A stretch of DNA of 64,000 nucleotides from NCBI GenBank assembly GCA_015063695.1, contig SVTQ01000010.1, forward strand, positions 609 to 64,608. The letters run 5' to 3'. Both the position numbers and the translations under genes were made by a program. Positions 28,679-37,006 of this stretch are shown here, one piece after another; position 1 is the stretch's first letter; each line of letters opens with the position of its first letter. The stretch is from Oscillospiraceae bacterium. GTDB taxonomy: Bacteria; Bacillota; Clostridia; Oscillospirales; CAG-272. The notes under the pieces were generated by a model, which made no database searches, had not been told where the DNA came from, and saw only the letters and a program-made list of their open reading frames with translations.

Positions 28679-30268
28679 TTATTTTTCATCAAGAGAGCTT
28701 CTTACGGGAACCGTTATTTCCTTTTCGTAACAAGCGAACATTTCATCGGTGTTTTCGGGCTTCAGCTTCTGTGTCAAAAGACTGACGACGGGAACGATAA
28801 CAAGACCGCCTACCATGGCAAATACGCCTGAGTAGAGAGAGTTTTTAAATACGAAACCGAGCACTCCGCCGTCAAAGGCGAGCCATTTCATGGATACGGC
28901 AAGCTGAACGAGCATAAGTCCGACACCCCATACGAAGGAAGTCCAGACCGCAGGACGGGTCACTTTTTTCCAGTACAGACCGTAGAGGAACGGAGCAAGG
29001 AACGCGCCTGCAAGTGCGCCCCAGGAAACACCCATCATCTGAGCAATGAATACAACTCCCGACCATACGGAATCCTTGAGAATTGCGATCGCCGCAGAGA
29101 GAACGATGAAAAATACTATAAATGCGCGAAGGATGAAAAGCTTCTTTTTCTCGGAGACTTCTTTCCTTGAAGCGGGTACTATAACGTCAAGGGTAAGAGT
29201 GGATGCCGAGGTGAGAACGAGAGAGGAAAGGGTGGACATGGATGCAGCCAGAACCAGAACTATCACCACAGCTACGATAACGGGAGAAAGGGTTGAGAGC
29301 ATCTTGGGGATTATGGCATCAAAGCCGCCGATGGCAAGTCTTTCTTCTTCCGTCATAAACAGTCTGCCAAAGCCGCCGAGGAAGTAACAGCCGCCTGCAA
29401 CAACTATAGCAAAGAGAGTGGAAATTAGAGTTCCTTTACGAATCGCCGCTTCATTTGTAATGGAGTAGAACTTGCCCACCATCTGAGGAAGTCCCCATGT
29501 GCCGAGTGATGTGAGAAGTACAACGAAAATAAGGAATACAGGGTCGGGTCCGAAGAAGGATGTATACTGCCATCCTCCGTTTGAGCCTTCCGCAAGTGCG
29601 GTAACAGAGCCCATAAGTCCGCCGTTTTCACCCAGCACCGCAAAAATTACGGCTACAATTCCCACAAGCATGATAATGCCCTGAATGAAATCGTTTATTG
29701 CCGTCGCCATGTAGCCGCCGAATACGACGTAAATACCCGTAAGGATCGCCATTGCCGCTATACATACCCAGTAAGGAATTTCAAAAGCTATACCGAAAAG
29801 GCTTGAAAGTCCGTTGTAAAGGGATGCAGTGTAAGGAATGAGGAATACGAATACGATAACGGATGCCGCAATCTTGAGTGCCTTTGAACCGTATCTCTTT
29901 TCAAAAAAGTCGGGCATGGTCTTTGAGTCAAGATGCTGTGTCATAACTCTCGTTCTTCTGCCGAGAATATTCCATGCAAGAAGTGAGCCGATAAAGGCGT
30001 TGCCGAGACCTATCCACGTTGAGGCAAGACCGAAGTTCCAACCGAACTGACCTGCGTAGCCTACAAAAATTACAGCTGAAAAGTATGACGTGCCGAAAGC
30101 AAAAGCTGTAAGCCATGGGCCGACGGAACGACCGCCTAAAACGAAGCCGTTAACGTCGGTCGAATGACGTCTGCAATAAAGACCTACGCCTATCATAAGT
30201 GCAAAAAAACAAATAATAAGTACGGATGTGAGTATCTGAGCAGTAGTCATATCATTTTCTCCTTTCAA
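28679..30268 (-). CDS. Sodium:solute symporter family transporter
   Basis: About 13 TM segments. SSS-type N-terminus (GGRSVGPWLTAFAFGTSYFSAV). Confidence 0.85.
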   Translation of the reverse strand: MKGENDMTTAQILTSVLIICFFALMIGVGLYCRRHSTDVNGFVLGGRSVGPWLTAFAFGTSYFSAVIFVGYAGQFGWNFGLASTWIGLGNAFIGSLLAWNILGRRTRVMTQHLDSKTMPDFFEKRYGSKALKIAASVIVFVFLIPYTASLYNGLSSLFGIAFEIPYWVCIAAMAILTGIYVVFGGYMATAINDFIQGIIMLVGIVAVIFAVLGENGGLMGSVTALAEGSNGGWQYTSFFGPDPVFLIFVVLLTSLGTWGLPQMVGKFYSITNEAAIRKGTLISTLFAIVVAGGCYFLGGFGRLFMTEEERLAIGGFDAIIPKMLSTLSPVIVAVVIVLVLAASMSTLSSLVLTSASTLTLDVIVPASRKEVSEKKKLFILRAFIVFFIVLSAAIAILKDSVWSGVVFIAQMMGVSWGALAGAFLAPFLYGLYWKKVTRPAVWTSFVWGVGLMLVQLAVSMKWLAFDGGVLGFVFKNSLYSGVFAMVGGLVIVPVVSLLTQKLKPENTDEMFACYEKEITVPVRSSLDEK

Positions 30269-30278
30269 CTGCTTTTAA

Positions 30279-30335
30279 GGGGAAACTTTCTGTAGCAAGT
30301 TTCCCCTTATACCCCTTCAAAGACTTTTGAAAAGG
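30279..30335 (+). repeat. REP-like element copy B (M1+M2)
   Basis: GGGGAAACTT-TCTGTAGC-AAGTTTCCCC hairpin, TTATA, CCCCTTCAAAGACTTTTGAAAAGG. Lies 10 nt upstream of the symporter start, so within its leader. Confidence 0.7.
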
Positions 30336-30484
30336 TATAAGAATAAACATTGTATTTTTTATTAAACTTTACGGCTCTTTGATTATCTTCTGTAAACCGA
30401 TAGTTTACAAAGAGCCTATTTATACTTTAATTGGGTAATAAGTTTTTAGTACATTCTCGACCAACTTGAGAAAATACCCTTAAA

Positions 30485-30579
30485 CCCGTTCAAAAGTTTT
30501 GTAGGGGTCCTCAAGCTATCTCAGATAGCTTGGGGTTCTCGTTTGTTGGGGTTTGGGGGACTTTTCTAAAAGTCCCCCC
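30485..30579 (-). repeat. REP-like element copy C (M2-M3-M1, inverted, full length)
   Basis: CCCGTTCAAAAGTTTTGTAGGGG, plus a ~45-nt middle module with a CAAGCTATC/GATAGCTTG hairpin, plus GGGGGACTTTTCTAAAAGTCCCCCC. Starts 7 nt after the ligase stop codon. Confidence 0.8.
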
Positions 30580-30586
30580 ATATTCC

Positions 30587-32230
30587 TCATCCGCTGATCT
30601 GAGCTTCTACGAGGCTGCCGCCGCAGTAGAGCTCGCGAAGACGGGGCTTTTCGATTTTGCCGGTGGGATTACGGGGCACGCTTGCGAAGATAATTTTGCG
30701 AGGTCTCTTGTACTTGGGAAGGGAGAGACAGAATTCATTGATCTCATCTTCTGTGCAGTCCATACCTTCTTTGATTTCAATGATTGCAGCCGCAATTTCG
30801 CCGAGACGCTTGTCGGGAAGACCGATAACGGCAACGTCCTTAATTTTTTCGTGAGCGCGGAGATGGTCTTCGATCTGAACGGGATAAAGGTTTTCGCCTC
30901 CGCTGATGATAACGTCCTTCTTACGGTCAACGAGATAGATAAATCCGTCCTCGTCTTCCTTTGCCATGTCTCCCGTAAGAAGCCAGTCGCCGCGGATAAT
31001 TTCGCTTGTAGCCTCGGGATTTTTGTAATAGCACTTCATAACGCCGGGACCTCTTACTGCAAGCTCACCGACCTCGCCATTTATAACGGGCTTGCCCTTT
31101 TCGTCAACGATTGCAGTTTCCCAAAGGTGACCTGCCTTGCCGATAGCACCTACCTTGTCAATGTTTTCAACACCGAGGTGAACACAGCCGGGACCGATGG
31201 ACTCGGAAAGACCGTAGTTTGTATCGTAATCGTGACTTGGGAACACGCTCTTCCAACGCTTGATAAGAGACGGAGGAACGGGCTGAGCACCTACGTGCAT
31301 AAGACGCCACTGAGAGAGGCGAAAATCTTCAAGCTTAAGGTCTCCTCTGTCAATGGAATCGAGAATATCCTGAACCCACGGAACGAGAAGCCAGACGATG
31401 GTCGCCTTTTCTTCGGAAGCTGTCTGCAGTACCCACTCGGGCTTTACGCCACGGAGAAGAACCGCTTTTGACCCGGTAAGAAGAGAGCCGAACCAGTGCA
31501 TCTTTGCGCCCGTATGGTAAAGAGGAGGAATACAGAGGAAAACGTCGTCCTTTGTCTGGGAGTGATGATTTTGCTCCGTAAGACAGGAGGAAACAAGAGC
31601 CGCATGTCTGTGAAGAATAGCCTTGGGGAAACCTGTAGTGCCCGATGAGAAGTAAATTGCCGCATCGTCCTCATCCTTTATCTCAACGGGAGGAACGGTC
31701 GTGGAGCAATAATAGGTCATCTGAGCATAATTGTCAGCGAACCCCGGAGTTTTTTCTTTGTCACCGACGAAGAAGAAATCGTCAATAGCCGAAAGCTCAT
31801 CGTAGACAGTTTCAATTCTTTCAATAAATTCGGGACCGAACACAAGCATTCTCGCATCCGCAAGGTCGAGACAGTACTTAATTTCATCCGCGGAATATCT
31901 GTAATTCATGGGAACCGCAAGTGCGCCTGTTTTGAGAATACCGAAATAAATGGGAAGCCACTCAAGACAGTTCATAAGAAGAATAGCAACCTTGTCACCC
32001 TTCTTTATTCCTCTTGTGAAAAGAAGATTGGCAAATCTGTTTGCCTTAACGTCGAATTCCTTCCAGGTCATTTCGCGGCGGTACTTTTCGGACTCGCTCG
32101 CCGTGTCTATAAGATTGAATTCACGCCACGTAACGTTTTCTTCCGGCTGATTTTCGGGGTTGACCTCAACGATCGCCACGTCCGTGGGATAAATTTTTGC
32201 ATTTCTTTCAAGAAAATCTGTAATGGGCAT
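30587..32230 (-). CDS. Adenylate-forming acyl/aryl-CoA ligase (ANL superfamily)
   Basis: YFSSGTTGFPKA, WLLTGDMA, DRKKDVIISGGENLYP, terminal GKIEK lysine motif. RBS GGAGGG. Substrate not assignable from sequence. Confidence 0.85.
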   Translation of the reverse strand: MPITDFLERNAKIYPTDVAIVEVNPENQPEENVTWREFNLIDTASESEKYRREMTWKEFDVKANRFANLLFTRGIKKGDKVAILLMNCLEWLPIYFGILKTGALAVPMNYRYSADEIKYCLDLADARMLVFGPEFIERIETVYDELSAIDDFFFVGDKEKTPGFADNYAQMTYYCSTTVPPVEIKDEDDAAIYFSSGTTGFPKAILHRHAALVSSCLTEQNHHSQTKDDVFLCIPPLYHTGAKMHWFGSLLTGSKAVLLRGVKPEWVLQTASEEKATIVWLLVPWVQDILDSIDRGDLKLEDFRLSQWRLMHVGAQPVPPSLIKRWKSVFPSHDYDTNYGLSESIGPGCVHLGVENIDKVGAIGKAGHLWETAIVDEKGKPVINGEVGELAVRGPGVMKCYYKNPEATSEIIRGDWLLTGDMAKEDEDGFIYLVDRKKDVIISGGENLYPVQIEDHLRAHEKIKDVAVIGLPDKRLGEIAAAIIEIKEGMDCTEDEINEFCLSLPKYKRPRKIIFASVPRNPTGKIEKPRLRELYCGGSLVEAQISG

Positions 32231-32283
32231 CTGCGTGCCCTCCTTTCGCGTTTTGCCTTATCTGTCAGTATTTTTGGTATCGT

Positions 32284-32556
32284 AAAAACAAAATCCTCTG
32301 TACAAAAAGTACAGAGGACGAATATATCGCGGTACCACCTCAGTTTACGAACTTCTCACAAAGTCCGCCTCATCAGGCACATTCATGCCCTGCTGTTTTA
32401 CGGTCAGCTTCCGTCGCGGCTTTGGCACATTACGTGTGTTTACCGCGCAGCTTGCGGAATGTATTCGCTTTCCGACTCCGACTGCCTCGCATCAAACGGC
32501 AGCTTTCTGAACGGCTCATCGGGGAGCTACTTGTTTCCGGTCATCACTTTATAATC
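32284..32556 (-). promoter_or_regulatory. T-box riboswitch leader, predicted tyrosine (UAC) specifier
   Basis: Minus strand 5'->3': AGUGAUGA (GA/K-turn). Helix CGGAA/UUCCG. Specifier loop ACAAGUA...GAA-UAC-A (codon at 32461..32463). AG bulge UUCAGAAAG. Distal helix CUGCC/GGCAG. T-box sequence AACUGAGGUGGUACCGCGA (32328..32343). Terminator CCUCUGUAC-UUUUU-GUACAGAGG (32295..32317) plus U-run, mutually exclusive with GAGG/CCUC antiterminator pairing. Confidence 0.85.
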
Positions 32557-32576
32557 GGTTATTAAATTATGTAAAA

Positions 32577-32605
32577 AGTGTAGCACAAAAGCACAAATTT
32601 GTCAA
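32577..32605 (-). promoter_or_regulatory. Sigma-A promoter of the T-box leader
   Basis: Minus strand TTGACA, 17 nt (AATTTGTGCTTTTGTGC), TACACT. About 20 nt upstream of the leader's GA motif. Confidence 0.65.
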
Positions 32606-32713
32606 GAATGTTTTTAAAAAATCTCAATTTATCAACAAATTCCACAAAATTCCACAAAAAACTTCAGCAAAGTGAAGGCTTTCCCTCTCGGAATTTCATA
32701 TTTTCAACAAAAA

Positions 32714-33373
32714 TCACCAGACTATCTCTTCTCTGCCTTTTGCGCGAAGGAACTCGTTTGCCCTTGAAAAATGACGGCATCCGAAAAATCCGTTGTAAGC
32801 CGAAAGGGGGCTTGGATGAGCGGCAGTCAGAATAAGATGGTTCGGGTTTGTGATAAGCGACCTTTTCGCCTTGGCGTTTGCTCCCCACAGGAGAAATACG
32901 ATAGGTTCGGGAGCATCGTTAAGTAAGCTTATTACTCTGTCGGTAAATATCTCCCATCCGAGGGGTCTGTGGCTGTTGGGAGAACCCTCTCTCACAGTAA
33001 GAACGGTATTGAGAAGCAGAACTCCCTGCCGAGCCCAACGGGTGAGCTCCCCGTTTTCGGGCATGGGTGCACCCACGTCGGTCTCAAGCTCCTTGAAAAT
33101 ATTTTTGAGAGAAGGAGGCATCTGAATTCCCGGCTTTACCGAAAAACAGAGTCCATGTGCCTGACCCGGACCGTGGTAAGGGTCCTGGCCGAGGATAACT
33201 ACCTTTACGTCCTCAAACGCCGTGTATTTAAGGGCATTGAAAATATCGTACATGTCGGGATATATAGTTCGCGTTTTATATTCAACTGCGAGGTTACGCC
33301 TTAAATTCTGATAATATTCCTTTTCAAATTCATCCTTAAGAAGGGCATCCCAGCTGTTTCCCAAGTTTACCAT
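32714..33373 (-). CDS. ung: Uracil-DNA glycosylase (family 1)
   Basis: GQDPYHGPGQAHGLCFSV water-activating loop and HPSPLSA motif. Confidence 0.95.
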   Translation of the reverse strand: MVNLGNSWDALLKDEFEKEYYQNLRRNLAVEYKTRTIYPDMYDIFNALKYTAFEDVKVVILGQDPYHGPGQAHGLCFSVKPGIQMPPSLKNIFKELETDVGAPMPENGELTRWARQGVLLLNTVLTVREGSPNSHRPLGWEIFTDRVISLLNDAPEPIVFLLWGANAKAKRSLITNPNHLILTAAHPSPLSAYNGFFGCRHFSRANEFLRAKGREEIVW

Positions 33374-33578
33374 GACTTTTCTCCGTTTTCTAAAATATCC
33401 GAGTATATTTTACCGCCACTTTCATCCGTTTTCAAGTACCGGGCCGACTTTTGACACTCAAAAATAAAAAAATACCGATGATTTTACGAAAAAGTGGTGC
33501 AATTCTCTAAAATCCGTATTATAATGTAGTTGTAATTATTTTGTACATTGCGACAGAATGCCGCATAAGGAGGCAAAC

Positions 33579-34298
33579 ATGATCAGAGTTACGGTATGGA
33601 ACGAATACTGGCACGAAAAAAACAACGAGGACGTTGCTAAGATCTACCCCGAAGGTATTCACAAGGCAATCGCTGAATTCCTCGGCAAGGAAGAAGACAT
33701 CGAAGTGCGTACAGCTACTCTCGACGATCCCGAATGCGGTCTCACAGAGGAGGTTCTCTGGAATACCGACGTTCTTATCTGGTGGGGCCACTGCTGTCAC
33801 CCCATGGTACCCGATGAGGTTGCCGAAAGAGTTCAGAATGAAGTTCTCAAGGGCATGGGTATGATATTCCTTCACTCCGCCCACCACTCCAAGCCCTTCA
33901 AGAGACTTATGGGTACTACCTGTAACCTCGGTTGGCGCGAAAGCGGCGACCTTGAAAGAATTTGGAAGATCAATGCAGGCCACCCCATCACACAGGGCAT
34001 CGACCACTTCTTCGAGCTCGAACACGAAGAAACCTACGCTGAACCCTTCGGTATTCCCGAACCCGATGAAGTTCTCTTCATGGGCTGGTTCTCGGGCGGC
34101 GAGCTCTTCCGCGCAGGCTGTACCTTCCACCGTGAAAACGGCAGAATTTTCTACTTCCAGCCCGGTCACGAGACCTTCCCCACATTCTATAATGAAAACG
34201 TTCAGACAGTAATCAAAAACGCGGTTCGCTGGGCAGCTCCATCCTTCCGCTCCAACATCCTCACCTGCCCCTTCGTCGAAAAGGCAAACAAGGAATGA
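33579..34298 (+). CDS. ThuA-like (trehalose-utilisation family) protein
   Basis: [12 protein letters not shown] start, class-I-glutamine-amidotransferase-like fold signature typical of ThuA. ATG 33579 is preceded by AAGGAGG. Confidence 0.65.
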   Translation: MIRVTVWNEYWHEKNNEDVAKIYPEGIHKAIAEFLGKEEDIEVRTATLDDPECGLTEEVLWNTDVLIWWGHCCHPMVPDEVAERVQNEVLKGMGMIFLHSAHHSKPFKRLMGTTCNLGWRESGDLERIWKINAGHPITQGIDHFFELEHEETYAEPFGIPEPDEVLFMGWFSGGELFRAGCTFHRENGRIFYFQPGHETFPTFYNENVQTVIKNAVRWAAPSFRSNILTCPFVEKANKE

Positions 34299-34304
34299 TA
34301 ATGA

Positions 34305-34353
34305 GGGGGTCTTTTCGAGAAAAGACCCCCTTCACCCCCAAAAGCTTTTGGGC
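34305..34353 (+). repeat. REP-like element copy E (M1+M2)
   Basis: GGGGGTCTTTTCGAGAAAAGACCCCC, TTCA, CCCCCAAAAGCTTTTGGG. Confidence 0.8.
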
Positions 34354-34389
34354 GAGAAGGAAATCTTTTTCCGATTTCTTGTACTAAAT

Positions 34390-34441
34390 AAACGGCACTA
34401 TGTAAATACAGAAAAATCTGTAAAACTACATAGTGCCGTTT
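34390..34441 (+). repeat. Long-hairpin element HP2 copy 1 (also a bidirectional terminator)
   Basis: AAACGGCACTATGT-AAATACAGAAAAATCTGTAAAACT-ACATAGTGCCGTTT, followed by a T-run. Near-identical copies at 35382 and 40056. Confidence 0.8.
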
Positions 34442-34443
34442 TT

Positions 34444-34950
34444 TTAATTTTTGGTAGTACATTTTTCTGTAAAGTCATTATCTTCGTTTGAAATCAATAT
34501 CATTTCTTTTTTCTGCTTCCGTGCATATTCAAAAGTTTGATAAGCGCCGCCAAATCTCCTCTCCAGATAAAAAACAGTCAAATCACTTCTGTCAATCATT
34601 TCACGATTGCGTTTTTGAAACACTGCTTTATAGTGAGTATTATCGGAGTTTTCGAATATATCAATATTATCATAATAATTTTCGAAAGATTGCCGATTGT
34701 TTCTGTATTCTGCCGTTTCGTAAGGAAGTACAAGTGTATGACAAGAATTATCATTACGATATTTCCCTTTTACTCTTCTGATAGCGGAAGAAACCATTTG
34801 ATCGAATTCTCCGTTTCTGCCTATCAAAAACTCTACGTACTCTTTTGTTGCGAGTAATTCTTTGATTATTCTTTCAATCTGCTTTTCCACATATAAAAAG
34901 TGTTCAACTTCCCTGTGACCGAAAAAACTTACGGTGTAAATATCAAGCAT
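34444..34950 (-). CDS. SLOG-superfamily protein, DUF1273 (YpsA/YoqJ-like)
   Basis: FFGHRE start, LIGRNGEFDQMVSSAI, LVLPY, QKRNREMIDRSDL motifs in the order seen in YpsA/YoqJ. The gene is visibly AT-rich relative to its neighbours. Confidence 0.65.
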   Translation of the reverse strand: MLDIYTVSFFGHREVEHFLYVEKQIERIIKELLATKEYVEFLIGRNGEFDQMVSSAIRRVKGKYRNDNSCHTLVLPYETAEYRNNRQSFENYYDNIDIFENSDNTHYKAVFQKRNREMIDRSDLTVFYLERRFGGAYQTFEYARKQKKEMILISNEDNDFTEKCTTKN

Positions 34951-35041
34951 TCTTTATACCTCTTATAATGCAACTGCAATCTGAATATTACATAATTCCT
35001 TATTATTATACATTTGCTCTATAAATTAGTCAAGTGCTCTA

Positions 35042-35380
35042 TTGTGTATGCAGTTTATCATCATCGGAGAAAGTATAATTATATACAGGAAGGATGGTGA
35101 CTGTACGGTGAGTAAAAAAATTGATTTTAAAAACAGAGACAGATTTATCCAGTTAGGCATCGCTATCGCGGCTTTGCGTAAAATGCGAGGAATGTCTCAG
35201 GAACAGCTTGCAGAAAAATCAAACGTCAGTCGTTCCCATATCAGCGCAATTGAAGCACCCGGCATGGTCCGTCCCTTTTCATTAGACGTGTTTTTTAATA
35301 TAGCAGATGCTTTGGACGTTGACCCCGCAGATTTGATCAATGCAACGGTATTCCCCGACAAAATCTTAAAGAATAAATAA
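35042..35380 (+). CDS. XRE-family helix-turn-helix regulator
   Basis: LRKMRGMSQEQLAEKSNVSRSHISAIE HTH. Divergent from the SLOG gene. The true start is probably internal (for example GTG 35109). Confidence 0.7.
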   Translation: MCMQFIIIGESIIIYRKDGDCTVSKKIDFKNRDRFIQLGIAIAALRKMRGMSQEQLAEKSNVSRSHISAIEAPGMVRPFSLDVFFNIADALDVDPADLINATVFPDKILKNK

Positions 35381-35381
35381 A

Positions 35382-35433
35382 AAACGGCACTATGTGAAAG
35401 CAGAAAAATCTGTAAAGTTACATAGTGCCGTTT
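35382..35433 (+). repeat. Long-hairpin element HP2 copy 2 (terminator of the XRE gene)
   Basis: AAACGGCACTATGT-GAAAGCAGAAAAATCTGTAAAGTT-ACATAGTGCCGTTT, then a T-rich tract. Confidence 0.8.
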
Positions 35434-35537
35434 CTTTTGTTACCAAAATAAAAAAATAGGCTCATGTCGCACGATAATGTTTAACCGCACTAACAGAGAG
35501 CCGTAAAGAGTATCCTATCTTTTAAAAGTTTTCCCAA

Positions 35538-35592
35538 CCCCGTTCAAAAAGTTTTGAAGGGGTTTGGGGGGACTTTTTCAAAAGTACCCCCC
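35538..35592 (-). repeat. REP-like element copy F (M2+M1, inverted)
   Basis: CCCCGTTCAAAAAGTTTTGAAGGGG, TTT, GGGGGGACTTTTTCAAAAGTACCCCCC. Confidence 0.8.
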
Positions 35593-35614
35593 ATAAATCC
35601 CAACTAATTCTAAC

Positions 35615-37006
35615 TTAAAGTTCGCAGTTGTTTACTGTTCTGGGGAAGGGGATGACGTCACGGATGTTGGAAACACCTGTGAGGTACATAACGCATCTTT
35701 CAAAACCGAGACCGAAGCCTGCGTGACGCGCACTGCCGTAGCGGCGAAGGTCGAGATAGAAGCCGTAGTCTTCCTTGTTGAGACCTAGCTCATCCATACG
35801 GGAAGTGAGCTTGTCGAGGTCGTCTTCACGCTGGCTGCCGCCGATAATTTCGCCGATACCGGGAACGAGACAGTCCATAGCGGCAACGGTCTTGCCGTCC
35901 TCGTTGAGCTTCATGTAGAAAGCCTTGATCTCCTTGGGATAGTCTGTAACGAAAACAGGCTTCTTGTAAACCTCTTCAGTGAGATATCTTTCGTGCTCTG
36001 TCTGAAGGTCACAGCCCCAGAATACCTTGTAATCGAAGTTGTCGTTGTTCTTTTCGAGAATTTCAATAGCTTCCGTATAAGTAACGTGACCGAATTCGGA
36101 GTTGACAACGGAATTGAGTCTGTCAAGAAGACCCTTGTCAACGAAGCTGTTGAAGAAGTTCATTTCTTCGGGTGCGTTTTCAAGAACGTAGTTAATAACG
36201 TACTTGATCATAGCCTCAGCAATTTCCATGTTATCATTAAGGTCAGCAAAAGCCATTTCGGGCTCGATCATCCAGAATTCAGCCGCATGACGTGTGGTGT
36301 TGGAATTCTCCGCACGGAAGGTGGGGCCGAAGGTGTAGATATTTCTGAATGCCATGGCATAGGTTTCACCGTTGAGCTGACCGCTTACGGTAAGGTTTGT
36401 GCTCTTGCCGAAAAAGTCTTCTGTAAAGTCTATCTTGCCTTCCTCGTCGCGGGGAATGTTGTCAAGATCAAGAGTTGTTACACGGAACATTTCACCTGCG
36501 CCCTCGCAGTCACTTGCAGTGATGAGAGGTGTATGAACGTAAACGAAGTTCTGTTCCTGGAAGAACTTGTGAATTGCGTAAGCGCAAAGGGAGCGCACAC
36601 GGAAAACGGCCTGGAACAGGTTTGTTCTGGGACGGAGATGAGAGATCGTGCGGAGAAATTCGGGAGAATGTCTCTTCTTCTGAAGGGGATAGTCGGGAGT
36701 TGACGCGCCCTCAAGGATAACGCTCTCTGCCTGGATCTCAAAAGGCTGCTTCGCATCGGGAGTCATAACGAGAGTACCCTCAACGATAAGCGCGGAGCCA
36801 ACGTTGAACTTAGAAATAGCCTCGAAGTTTTCAAGGGCATCACCGTAAACTATCTGAAGTGTCTGAAAGAAAGAGCCGTCGGAAAGAGTGATAAAGCCGA
36901 AGGACTTGGAAGCGCGGATACTGCGTACCCAACCGCCGACGCGAACCTTTTGCTCGGCATATTTGTCAGTTTCTTTGTAAAGCTCTCTGATGGTCGTAAG
37001 TTCCAT
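35615..37006 (-). CDS. asnS: Asparagine--tRNA ligase
   Basis: OB-fold N-domain ([11 protein letters not shown]). Class II motifs [21 protein letters not shown] and [12 protein letters not shown]. 463 aa. Confidence 0.95.
   Translation of the reverse strand: MELTTIRELYKETDKYAEQKVRVGGWVRSIRASKSFGFITLSDGSFFQTLQIVYGDALENFEAISKFNVGSALIVEGTLVMTPDAKQPFEIQAESVILEGASTPDYPLQKKRHSPEFLRTISHLRPRTNLFQAVFRVRSLCAYAIHKFFQEQNFVYVHTPLITASDCEGAGEMFRVTTLDLDNIPRDEEGKIDFTEDFFGKSTNLTVSGQLNGETYAMAFRNIYTFGPTFRAENSNTTRHAAEFWMIEPEMAFADLNDNMEIAEAMIKYVINYVLENAPEEMNFFNSFVDKGLLDRLNSVVNSEFGHVTYTEAIEILEKNNDNFDYKVFWGCDLQTEHERYLTEEVYKKPVFVTDYPKEIKAFYMKLNEDGKTVAAMDCLVPGIGEIIGGSQREDDLDKLTSRMDELGLNKEDYGFYLDLRRYGSARHAGFGLGFERCVMYLTGVSNIRDVIPFPRTVNNCEL

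Noticed and set aside
30530-31471. 313-aa plus-strand ORF
   Set aside because: It starts inside REP-like copy C and runs antisense to the ANL ligase gene.
32629-32658. TTATCAACA followed by the tandem 10-mers ATTCCACAAA ATTCCACAAA, a possible DnaA-box cluster or activator site upstream of the T-box promoter
   Set aside because: Only the TCCACA core matches the DnaA box in the tandem units. On the minus strand this tract is also the U-run following a short ung terminator hairpin (32662..32677). A specific function cannot be separated from that.
33519-34169. 216-aa minus-strand ORF
   Set aside because: It is antisense to the ThuA-like gene and has no independent support.
35993-36703. 236-aa plus-strand ORF
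   Set aside because: It is antisense to asnS.
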